Shown here: positions 29,763 through 40,737 of the stretch, one piece after another | Layout: each line of letters starts with the position of its first letter | Numbering within the stretch: position 1 is the first letter of the stretch | Origin: Acidobacteriota bacterium | GTDB lineage: Bacteria; Acidobacteriota; UBA6911; RPQK01; JADFOI01 | Length of the DNA: 64,000 bases | NCBI GenBank assembly: GCA_965218935.1 | Contig: CBDCMH010000002.1 | Location: 320,899 to 384,898, forward strand | Direction: 5' to 3' | Position numbers and translations under genes: made by a program | The notes under the pieces: model-generated | Database searches by the model: none | What the model was told of the DNA's origin: nothing | Seen by the model: the letters and a program-made list of their open reading frames with translations, nothing else

Positions 29763-31055
29763 ATGCGAAGCAGAGCGCTTTCTATCCTCACCGTCACGGG
29801 GCTACTGTGTCTGGCTGTAGCCGCGCCGGCCGAAGCACAGGGAGGGCGAGGTGGCCAGGAGACTCAGTTGCCGGCGGGAGCAGGCCAGCACTTGGTCCAG
29901 AACCTGTGCACCCAGTGTCACGGTCTCAACCGGATCGTTGGCTCGTCGGGATACGACCGGCCCGGCTGGCGTGCGTTGATAGACACGATGATTGCGCTGG
30001 CGGATGCCCAGGCCAACACCATTTCCACGTACCTGACCGAGCATTTCCCCGAGCGGCCGGGGCGGCGTCCCACTCTGGTTCCGGGTGACAAATCGATCAA
30101 GATCACTGAGTGGCTGGTCCCAACCCTCGGCCAGCGATCGCGCGACCCGATCGAGGCGCCGGACGGCTCGATCTGGTGGACGGGGATGTGGGCCAGTCTT
30201 GCGGGACGGCTCGATCCCGAGACGGGCGAGATGGAGGAATTTCACCTACCGCCCACCGCGCGGCCGCACAGCATGATTCCCGACTCGTACGGAAACATTT
30301 GGTACACCGGAAACGGTAATTCCACCATTGGCAAGCTTGATCCCAGGACTGGCATCATCACCGAATACCCGACCGATGCCCGGGACCCTCACACGGCGGT
30401 CTTCCATCCAAACGGCAATCTCTACTTCACCGCCCAACAGGCCGGTATGCTCGGGCGCCTGAGCCCTGAGACCGGTGAAGTCACTGAGGTTCAGACGGAG
30501 CCGAGGCCGTACGGCATCCAGGTGGCCCCCGACGGTACGATCTGGGTCGCTTACAACGGCACCAACAGGATCGGGGCCTTGGATCCCAGAACAATGAACG
30601 TCCGCTACTACGAAGTACCAAACGAAGAGTCGCGCATTCGCCGGCTTGGGCTCACCAGCGACGGCATGGTCTGGTACGGGAACTCCACTCAAGGCCGCAT
30701 CGGAAGGCTCAACCCGGAGACCGGTGAGATCCGAGAGTGGCCTTCACCCAGTGGTCCAGATGCTCATCCCTATGCTTTCGCCGTCGTGGATAACGTCATC
30801 TGGTACAACGAGTCGGGCATGAGGCCAGACGCACTCGTGCGGTTCGACCCGAAGACGGAACAGTTCCAGAGCTGGGTCATTCCCTCCGGCGTCGGCATAA
30901 TCCGGAATTTCTGGGTGACCAAGGGTGGCAATTTGCTGATTCCACCAGACCAGTTCGAACCGCGTGGGCTTGGTGAAGATACAGGACTAGAACCGACTCA
31001 CTCAGATCAACGTCATCCTCCGGCTAGTGCCGACGAATTAAGCCATGATCGGTAA
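29763..31055 (+). CDS. cytochrome c domain fused to beta-propeller (Vgb/NHL-like repeats) protein
   Basis: Signal peptide, CTQCH haem motif, then repeated ...G.IWY(T/G)...G.IGRL(D/N)P.TGE motifs. Confidence 0.7.
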   Translation: MRSRALSILTVTGLLCLAVAAPAEAQGGRGGQETQLPAGAGQHLVQNLCTQCHGLNRIVGSSGYDRPGWRALIDTMIALADAQANTISTYLTEHFPERPGRRPTLVPGDKSIKITEWLVPTLGQRSRDPIEAPDGSIWWTGMWASLAGRLDPETGEMEEFHLPPTARPHSMIPDSYGNIWYTGNGNSTIGKLDPRTGIITEYPTDARDPHTAVFHPNGNLYFTAQQAGMLGRLSPETGEVTEVQTEPRPYGIQVAPDGTIWVAYNGTNRIGALDPRTMNVRYYEVPNEESRIRRLGLTSDGMVWYGNSTQGRIGRLNPETGEIREWPSPSGPDAHPYAFAVVDNVIWYNESGMRPDALVRFDPKTEQFQSWVIPSGVGIIRNFWVTKGGNLLIPPDQFEPRGLGEDTGLEPTHSDQRHPPASADELSHDR

Positions 31056-31077
31056 ATGTAATAGTATGACAGGACGA

Positions 31078-31182
31078 AGAGGTGCTGGATCAACTCAATT
31101 GGCAACCCGCTCAGCGACCTATCTTCTGGTCTAGGCCTGGGGACTTCACACGGCCATGCGTGCTGGAGACTTCAGCCAGGTG
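31078..31182 (+). mobile_element. decayed IS3 remnant (three collinear blocks of the orfB sequence seen at 9248-9734)
   Basis: 18, 18 and 49 bp identical to IS3 orfB at 9248-9265, 9606-9623, 9686-9734 with intervening deletions. Confidence 0.7.
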
Positions 31183-31888
31183 TCCAAGACTTGTAGCGTT
31201 CGAGATCCGGCTCGTAGACTCGCATGCTTAAGTCAATGCCGTAATCGCCGCGGTTAATCGGCACCCAGTTCTCGTCAGGCACACCGTCGGTGTATCCCGT
31301 CAGTTGCACGATCAGATCCAAAAGCGGCGTCACCGTTTGTTCCAGCTCCTGCGGTACATGAAGACCTACCTTATTCGCAAAACTGCGGGCGGATGAGGCT
31401 GGCAGACGCCCTCCCATCAGCTTGGCAGCAGACCGCACATGGTTGATCAGTCGGGTGCGGCACCTGAGTAGATTCTCTCGGGCTCTGATCAACTCCAGAT
31501 CTGCCTGCGCCTGGACTCCCCGGTGTTGAATCGGTGATAACAATTTCACATCCAACCGAGCCACACGGGCTAGATATTCCGCATCGACTCGATCATCCTT
31601 CCTTTTGTTTTCATAAATGAGCCGCAGCTTTCTGGCATTAGCCACAATCACCTCATGTCCCAGCCCTTGCAATTCGCGACTGATCCAGCCTGACTGTGTT
31701 CCCACTTCCAAGGCAATCCGAGCCGGTGACATCGAACCAAACTTCTTCTGTAAGGCTTTCGACGTCGTTGCAATCCTCCCTTCTTCCACCAACTCCCCCA
31801 CCTCGTCAAAGACTTTGAAGTAGCTACTCCGGTCACCCAGATCCAATCCGATGGTCATTTGCCTGCTTTCACTGTTATCATTCTTCAT
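31172..31888 (-). pseudogene. IS110-family transposase, C-terminally truncated; stop codon lies inside IS3 remnant
   Basis: DEDD N-terminal domain (GLDLGDRSSY...KDDRVDAEYLAR); 238 aa vs typical >330; lacks transposase_20 C-domain. Confidence 0.7.
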
Positions 31889-32086
31889 GGGCCAAACCTC
31901 CTTTGCTTGGGCGTAACAGCCCGATTAGTAATTTTGCAGCTCATTCTAGAGACTGCGTCTGAGGTTTGGCCTTCTCATCCCTATCTGGAGTGAGTTGGAG
32001 TGAGTTTGCCGCGGGCACAATTTAGGCACAACCCCTGCAATTCATTTGAAAACAGAAGGCAATTAAACCAGTATACTCTCTCCATG

Positions 32087-32338
32087 CCGGAGTCATGGAA
32101 CCAGGGCGTTCGCGGAACCCACGTGCTATCCCTCATCAACTCTGATGCGGACACGATCCGTTGCGTCGCCGGGCCGGGAAGCGGCAAGACGTTCGGCCTG
32201 GTGCGCCGTGTAGAGCGCATCCTCTGCCCTGAAGGGCTGTCCGCTGATGGCCACGACGTCCTCGTCGTCGCCTTCAACAGGGTCATCGCGACGAATTGGA
32301 GGAGGAAATGGATCGCAAGGTGGTGCGACCACCAATGA
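32087..32338 (+). pseudogene. UvrD-like helicase N-terminal fragment (Walker A only)
   Basis: VAGPGSGKTFGLVRRVERIL...VVAFNRV matches UvrD/PcrA N-terminus; ORF terminates after ~84 aa. Confidence 0.45.
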
Positions 32339-32631
32339 GCCGCTGTCCACAGGTGAACAGAGCAACCTCCAGGTAGCAACGCTCTGGGGCGCGAAGGGCG
32401 GAGCTTCTTCTCTCTACTCGAAGAGCCGTGAACAACAAATGTGAAGGTTCGGCTGCAAAGCCAATGTATTCAATTCAGGAGGCTCTTCCGCATTTGTTCC
32501 TTTGCGGGATACCTATCTAAATATTCATGAAAGTATTCGAGGCCAAGGAGAGGCAAGGAAGATACCTTCGTTAAATGTTTCCTCGTGCCTCCCCCTTTAC
32601 AGGGAGTTAATTCTGCTATAAGTAGTCACGT

Positions 32632-32862
32632 ATGAAGAAGACAACATGTAGGCAACTTCGTGGCGCCTGTGATGCTGAGATTCAAGGCGAGACTCCCGAA
32701 GAAATGGGGGAAAATTGCAGGCAACACGTCATGGAAATGGTTCAGTCTGGAGATGAAGCTCATAAAGCTGCTCTCGAGACATGGAAGCAAGTAAGCAAGG
32801 AAGAGCAAGAGAAATGGTATGAGGATTTTGAGAGTAGCTTTGATTCCTTGCAGGACGCTTAA
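32632..32862 (+). CDS. DUF1059-like small protein
   Basis: MKKTTCRQLRGACDAEIQGETPEEM resembles DUF1059 N-terminus; low-GC island. Confidence 0.5.
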   Translation: MKKTTCRQLRGACDAEIQGETPEEMGENCRQHVMEMVQSGDEAHKAALETWKQVSKEEQEKWYEDFESSFDSLQDA

Positions 32863-32878
32863 AGGGGAACCTTCACTG

Positions 32879-34048
32879 TTAGAAACTAGCCAGCCGCCGG
32901 CGAACCGTCAGCTGCTCGATAGCAATAACGGTCACGAGACTAACGCATCCAATGCCAAGTATCTCAATTGGTGTCGCAGATGCGCGCATAGCGAGGGCGA
33001 CGAGTGTCACAGTTAGAACGAGCAGACGGTTCCAGAGTACGCAGCCCACCGCCCTCCACAAGGCACCAGCAGTGGCGATCAAGAATAACGCCAGGCCCAG
33101 CCCGATGGCGGTCGCCATCCGCCCAGAACTGTAGTCGTTCGGGTGAAATGCTGCCTCAAACCCTACCGCCAAAGCTACGATTCCGCTCACCAGTGGGAAG
33201 TGCCAGAATGTATACGCGTCACGGCCAAGAAGTGCACGCTCTCGACCTGTCCTGAGGGAAAGCTGTTCCTCCAATACTTCACGGACCCGGCCAAAATACG
33301 TCCACCACAGTAAGCATGTCAGAAGCACCGCGACCGCACCGGTTGCCAGTATCGCGCTAGAAATCCCCACCGTCAGTGCAGACCCAGCAATAATCAGGGA
33401 TTCTCCAAGAGCAATAATAACGATCAGTCCGTGCCGTTCGGCGAAGTGTTCGGCATGAAGGTCCCAAACGCGCCGGTTGCCAACAAACCAAGCCGCTGCA
33501 ATATCGAACGCGACAGCACAAAGCCAGACCCAGGCCCTCAAGGCAGGATCGAAGAAACTTCCGGCTACTACAGCGGCCAGACCCGCTAGGGAGAATGCTG
33601 AGAAGGTGAGAACAGCCGACCTGTGGACGACGTTCGTGCAAACGACTTTGTAGTAAAGAACCAGTCCGAAGATTCGGACACCGACATAAGAGGATGAAAA
33701 CCAAAGAGCTTCACCTGCGACCTCGGCAAAGGCCAACTCCACTGAGAACGCCATCGCGAAGGCCACACCGGTCGAGATGAGTGTCGCGAGCCTCACATGG
33801 TGATGGTCGGTATCGGCTGCGTTCAGCGCCCAAGTGAACTGTGTCCAGCCCCACCATATTAACCAGAAAACCAGAACAGATCGAATCACACCTTGCGGGT
33901 CAAGATGGTGGGCCGCGTAGTGGGTCACCTGAGTGATAGCAAAGACAAAGACGAGGTCAAAGAACAGTTCGACGAATGTCGCCCCCTGGTCCTCGGGTGA
34001 GACGAGGGCTTTCGTAGTCATCTTCTCTTCTTCCTCATGACCTGTCAC
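32879..34048 (-). CDS. ltrA: low temperature requirement A (LtrA) family membrane protein
   Basis: ELFFDLVFVFAITQ motif and multi-TM topology. Confidence 0.8.
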   Translation of the reverse strand: MTGHEEEEKMTTKALVSPEDQGATFVELFFDLVFVFAITQVTHYAAHHLDPQGVIRSVLVFWLIWWGWTQFTWALNAADTDHHHVRLATLISTGVAFAMAFSVELAFAEVAGEALWFSSSYVGVRIFGLVLYYKVVCTNVVHRSAVLTFSAFSLAGLAAVVAGSFFDPALRAWVWLCAVAFDIAAAWFVGNRRVWDLHAEHFAERHGLIVIIALGESLIIAGSALTVGISSAILATGAVAVLLTCLLWWTYFGRVREVLEEQLSLRTGRERALLGRDAYTFWHFPLVSGIVALAVGFEAAFHPNDYSSGRMATAIGLGLALFLIATAGALWRAVGCVLWNRLLVLTVTLVALAMRASATPIEILGIGCVSLVTVIAIEQLTVRRRLASF

Positions 34049-34200
34049 CCTTCTAGAAGTGCTTCCACATCTATAGTGATGAAAACATCCTTGCCCGCAA
34101 CGACACCACCTTTTTCTAATTCTCCGTTCCAGCTTACTCCAAAGTCGTTTCGATCAATCATAGTTGTTGCTAAGAAGCCCGCGCGAGTTTTAGGCCCCTT
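34049..34200 (-). pseudogene. YceI-like protein 3' fragment
   Basis: C-terminal YceI-like residues (DRNDFGVSWNGELEKGGVVAGKDVFITIDVEA) without upstream domain. Confidence 0.35.
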
Positions 34201-34259
34201 GTCCTCTCCATCTTGCCAGAATGGAGTGTCCCACTGCCCTAAATGGCTCACGTCCAAGG

Positions 34260-34335
34260 TGGTGGAGGTAGACGGACTCGAACCGACGACCCCCTGCTTG
34301 CAAAGCAGGTGCTCTTCCAACTGAGCTATACCCCC
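34260..34335 (-). tRNA. tRNA-Ala (anticodon TGC), CCA encoded
   Basis: GGGGGTATAGCTCAGTTGG...CTTTGCAAG anticodon loop; G3:U70 pair; TTCGAGTCC T-loop. Confidence 0.9.
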
Positions 34336-34482
34336 ACACGATAAGAAAAAAGAAGGTAGAAAAAAGGATGGCTCACTCACGGGTTTGGCAAGGCCAGCGG
34401 GTTCCGTGTTCTTGAACAACCAGACAGATAAGCCCCTTGGGCCGATCACACAGATGAGATCTGAGTGATCGCCGTTTTTCCG

Positions 34483-36035
<1,553 letters not shown>

Positions 36036-36167
36036 TTTTCTCTCTTAACTCAAAACTGACGGGCTGTTTCTGTCTGGTTGTCAAAGAACACGGCTTTTCG
36101 GCTGATTTCCAGCCTCCGCCATCCGGTATCATAGCCCAAGACTTGTCCAGTTGCAAGCAGAGAAAAA

Positions 36168-36277
36168 GCTGACCCCCTGACCAGCTGACCTCCTGACCTC
36201 AGAGTGCAGGGTTGCCGGGTGGTCAGCCGGTTAGGAAGTCGGGCGGTCAGGAGGTCAGGGGGTCAGGCGGTCCAGCT
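36168..36277. repeat. CTGACC-octamer inverted-repeat (hairpin) element, copy 1
   Basis: Arms built of CCTGACCN units (GCTGACCCCCTGACCAGCTGACCTCCTGACC / reverse complement) around 45-nt spacer. Confidence 0.6.
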
Positions 36278-36284
36278 TCTTCCC

Positions 36285-38353
36285 CTACCCGATCACGCTG
36301 TGAGGGCTAGAGTAGGTTTCCTTGAGGTATTTCTGAGCTTCGGCCTGGGCACCATCGTAGTCTACGTTGGTGTTGACGGCCTTCTGGTACTCGGCAAGGG
36401 CACGCTGTCTTTGCCCCAGAATGTCGTAGATCTTTCCCAAATAGATATGGATCCAGGCTTCCACCCAGTCCGGCTTGCGGTCTCCATTCAATGCATCCCG
36501 AAAGCTGTTGGCAGCAGTGGATAAATTACGTTGCTCAAAAAAGACCTCGCCCAAACGATAATCAGTTTCAATCCCAGAAACTCTCGCAGTGCCAGAGAAT
36601 CAGCTGCTCTCCAGGCTATTCCTCGTTCCGATCCGATCCCTTCGAAATGAGCGATGGAAGTCCTGGGATTCAGCTGGGTTGCTTTTTCATATTCACGAAT
36701 GGCAGGAAGAAATTCCTTGGTGGCTTGATATTCCTCTCCCAAGGCAACGTGAACCGCAATCCGCATCCGTGGGGAGTCACTGAGAATCTTTCCATTCGGA
36801 TCCAGTTCCATCCGAATGGGCATCGTCTCTGTCAAGAAAGTGAAGGCTGTGCTCTTTCCTCTGACGTTCAGCTCCTCGTCCTCTGGCTGGCCCTTGGTCT
36901 CAATACGAACATCCAAAGGCATGCGGAAAAGCTCAATATTCTGTTTGATCTGACCTCGGATTTTGAAATTCCCATCCCGCAGCTTGTAAATGCCATAGTC
37001 GATGCGGAACTCGGGAACCCCGACGGATTCCACCCACTGCACAAAAAACCAACGATAGTCCTCTCCTGTTTGCTCCTGGACAAAATCTGCCAGTTCACCC
37101 GTGTTGGCGGTCTGTTGAGCTTTTCGCCGATACCACTCTCCCAGCATCCCGTTAAACTGGTCCTGACCCACAAGCTGAGAAAGCATGTACAAAATCCAGG
37201 CCCCTTTGCTGCCGACAATGGACTCGTACTGGGCGGATCCGCTCTGCAGTTCCAGTCCCTTGCTGATAGGAGCATTACTTTCATATTTCAGAGCAGAAAC
37301 CGCCTCACGCGCCAGCTCGGTCGAGAACCGATCGGGATGTTTGACCTCGAAATAGCGTAACGCCGCATAGGTCGCAAAACCATCCTGCAACCAGGCGTCC
37401 GAAGACCTCTCAGAGCGCAGCGAATACCCCCACCACTGGCGAGCGACCCGCTTGGCCAATTCCATCACGGGAATCGATGGACTCTGCAAAACGGATGATT
37501 CGAGCAGAATAAGACCTGAGCATCCCGTAGAGGGAAGTTGGACGTTGGGGACCTGAACGAGATTCAGCGCCGCTCCTTGGAAAGGGCCATATTCGCTCCC
37601 AAAAAACTCAAGTATCTGGGTCACTTCATCGACAAAGGGGCCAAGGTCTCGATCAAACGCTTCAGTCACATAAAAAGTCAGAGGAATGGAGGGGTCCTCG
37701 AATTTCTGTCGAAAGAACCGGGCCACCACCACTGGAATTCGAGTCAGCGGCTGACGGCTTTCCCAGGTGAAGACTTCGCTCACACCTAACGTTTCGATCG
37801 ATTGCATTTCTCCAGGAGCGACCACGCTGAAACCCAGAGGAACAGTGATCTTGACGACGGCCGTGGCCGCATCCAGGGGGAAGAGGTGAGAGGGGAACCA
37901 ATTCCCTTCGCTCAGAAGCATCGCTCCCTCGGGATAGATGACGGCGCTCTCAGCTCGAGGCGTGTCCAAGAAGGCGTATTCCTCTCTTTCCAGAGTCCCT
38001 TCGAAGCGAAAGGTGAGGGTCTTTTCCGTCTCCTTTCGAAAAGTTCCGGAACCACGAATTCGCATTCGGCTACTGTCGAAATTATCGAAACTCGTGGAGT
38101 AGGAAACATCTTCCTCGTCACGAACTTCGAGCAGGGTGAGACGAGTATTCAGCTCAAAAGGGAGGCTGACACTGTCCTCCAGCAGAACAAACCGAATTTT
38201 CACCTCGCCTTTCACAAAACTTTCGTCCGGCACCACCTCTGCGCTGATTTCGTAGTGTTGAACATCCAAAACCGGTGGCGCCCCGGGTCCTTGTTGTGGC
38301 AAGGCAGGAGTGATGAACACGAGCAGAGAGAAGGTCAAAAGCAGGTTTTTCAT
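36285..38353 (-). CDS. secreted M1-peptidase-like protein lacking zinc ligands, with C-terminal TPR repeats. Apparent frameshift near 36555
   Basis: M1 fold motifs, but HEXXH is replaced by KRVAR and the NEGFA glutamate is D. The TPR tail (36285-36554) is in another frame. Confidence 0.65.
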
Positions 38354-39534
38354 CTTAGAGAATCATTCCTGGAAAGAAATTGGCTAATGTACTTGGCGCC
38401 CTCTTCGTAGGCATTCTGCTCTCCCAACTTTTCGGAGGCCATCTGCAGATTCTTACTCACTTCCTCTCGCCGGCTCCGGTCGCGCAATAACTCCAGAACA
38501 TATCCTCCTATATTTTCACCTGTGGCCTCATCCTGGATAAACTCGGGAACGATCTTCCTGCCGGCAATAAGATTAGCCAGACAATAGGTATCCGTGTTCA
38601 CTAAAGACCGAGCTAGATGCCAGCTGGGACGTGATATCCGATAAACCATCGCGAAAGGGACATGAAGAATGGTCGCTTCCAAGGTCGAGGTGCCGCTTTT
38701 CACTATAGCACAAGCGACCTGAGACAGCCGTGCAGATCCTCTTTTCTCCTCAATCTCAAGCCGCAAAGGTGAATTGCCCTGACTCAACCAAGCCTTATAG
38801 ACAGCCTGAAGCTGGCTTCGCCTGATCCCCGGAGCTTTGATCACCCAAAAGTGGGCTGGACAGTGCTCGGCCACACAGCGAGCCGCATCCAGTTGAATCG
38901 GAAAAATCTGTTCTACTTCCTTCTTTCGGCTCCCAGGTAAAAGGGCGACCCCGGGCAGCACGCCCGAGGTTGCTGGGTCTCCATCCGATCCGTCCTCGCT
39001 TTTGCTCAGAAGCTCCCGCAAAGTAATAGACGGGTTTCCCACATAATGGGCCTCAACTCCTCGACGTCGATAGAATTCCTCCTCGAAAGGGAAAATCACC
39101 AGCATTAGATCGACGCAGCGCTTGATCTGATTGATCCGCCGGGGACGCCAGGCCCAGACCTGAGGACCAATGAAGTAGCAGATGGGAATCTTCATCTCCT
39201 TGAGTCGACGGGCCAAGAGTAGATTGAATTCTGGGAAATCCACCAATATGGCGAGCCGAGGTCGACGCCTGCGACTCTCCGCTAAAATGCGGCGGTACAG
39301 CTTCCAATATCGACCCATGTGAGCCAAGGCTTCCCAGGGTCCAATCGCGGCCAGTTGGGAGACATCGGTGAGCAGTTCAACTCCAGCAGCAGCCATTTGA
39401 GGCCCCCCGCTGCCAAACCATTCCAGGTTCCACTGGGGATTGTGAACTTCCAGTCGCCTGACTAATCCGGCGGCATGGTTTTCCCCGGAGGTTTCACCGG
39501 TGACGACCAGGATGGAACTACTTTGAGAAGGCAC
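38350..39534 (-). CDS. lpxB: lipid-A-disaccharide synthase
   Basis: GT19 motifs (VTGETSGENHAAGL, ALLPGSR). Confidence 0.85.
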   Translation of the reverse strand: MPSQSSSILVVTGETSGENHAAGLVRRLEVHNPQWNLEWFGSGGPQMAAAGVELLTDVSQLAAIGPWEALAHMGRYWKLYRRILAESRRRRPRLAILVDFPEFNLLLARRLKEMKIPICYFIGPQVWAWRPRRINQIKRCVDLMLVIFPFEEEFYRRRGVEAHYVGNPSITLRELLSKSEDGSDGDPATSGVLPGVALLPGSRKKEVEQIFPIQLDAARCVAEHCPAHFWVIKAPGIRRSQLQAVYKAWLSQGNSPLRLEIEEKRGSARLSQVACAIVKSGTSTLEATILHVPFAMVYRISRPSWHLARSLVNTDTYCLANLIAGRKIVPEFIQDEATGENIGGYVLELLRDRSRREEVSKNLQMASEKLGEQNAYEEGAKYISQFLSRNDSLR

Positions 39535-39537
39535 GGG

Positions 39538-40680
39538 CTAAATTCTCTGGTTGATCCAGCCACCGCCCAAGACACGTTCTCCGCTATAAAAAACCGCAGC
39601 CTGTCCGGGCGTGACGGCCATCTGGGGAGTCTTGAAAACGACTCTGGCCTGGCGACCGCCAACCTCTTGATGTTCGCTCTTTTCAAAAACGATCGAGGCT
39701 GGAACTTGCTGATGGCGGGACCGGATCCGTACTTCCGCCTCCACAGGCTCCTCCGGCCAACAGCCCGAAATCCAGTTGATCCGATCAGCGATCAATCCCC
39801 GGCTGTAAAGATCCTCCTTGTAACCCACAATCACCGCATTTCGAGGAGCATCCAGTCGCAGGACATACAAGGGACGAGAATGAGCGATTCCCAAACCGCG
39901 ACGCTGTCCCACCGTAAACCGATAGACACCCAGGTGGGTTCCCAGGCGGGTACCGTCCTTAAAGAGAATAGGTCCGGGCCGATCCGATCGTTCAAGAAGC
40001 GGGACCAGCTCTTTCTTGACTTCTTCCGTATGGTTTCGAATGAAGCCTCCGTAGTCTCCATCGGGAATAAAACAGATCTCCTGGCTATCCTGCTTGCCCG
40101 CCGTCGACAAGCTGTGGGAACTGGCAATTTCACGAATATTCGACTTTTCGTACTCACCCACGGGAAACTGAACGCGGGAGAGTTGCTCCTGTGTGAGCTC
40201 GAACAGATAGTAGGACTGGTCTTTGCTCAAACACTTGCCCTGCAGGAGCATGTAGCCCTCTTCTGGGGTGTAGGCAACGCGAGCATAGTGCCCTGTCGCG
40301 ACCCGATCGATGCCAATTTTCCTGGCGAAAACCAGGAGCTCATCGAACTTTAAAAAGGTGTTGCACAAAGTGCAGGGAATCGGGGTCTTCCCGGCCAGAT
40401 AGTCATTGATGAACGGTTCTACAACCCTCTGTTGGAATTGCTGTTGCAGATTGAGAACATAAAACGGAAAACCCATCTGCTCGGCAACCCGCCGGGCGTC
40501 ATAGACGTCGTCCAAAGAACAACACCTTCCCATCTGAGGCTTTCCCTCCCGGGCAGGATTGCGGCGGTAGTCCCAAAGCTGCATGGTGCAGCCGACAACC
40601 TCATAGCCCTTTGTTTTTAACAGAACGGCTGCCGTGGAACTGTCCACACCGCCACTCATGGCCAACAAAATACGATTCAC
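39538..40680 (-). CDS. mnmA: tRNA-specific 2-thiouridylase MnmA
   Basis: PP-loop SGGVDSS, conserved catalytic Cys, full-length similarity. Confidence 0.9.
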   Translation of the reverse strand: MNRILLAMSGGVDSSTAAVLLKTKGYEVVGCTMQLWDYRRNPAREGKPQMGRCCSLDDVYDARRVAEQMGFPFYVLNLQQQFQQRVVEPFINDYLAGKTPIPCTLCNTFLKFDELLVFARKIGIDRVATGHYARVAYTPEEGYMLLQGKCLSKDQSYYLFELTQEQLSRVQFPVGEYEKSNIREIASSHSLSTAGKQDSQEICFIPDGDYGGFIRNHTEEVKKELVPLLERSDRPGPILFKDGTRLGTHLGVYRFTVGQRRGLGIAHSRPLYVLRLDAPRNAVIVGYKEDLYSRGLIADRINWISGCWPEEPVEAEVRIRSRHQQVPASIVFEKSEHQEVGGRQARVVFKTPQMAVTPGQAAVFYSGERVLGGGWINQRI

Positions 40681-40737
40681 AACGATGGTAAGTATAGCAC
40701 GCGGAAGATGGCGTCACTGCTGTTCATGGAGTCTCAT

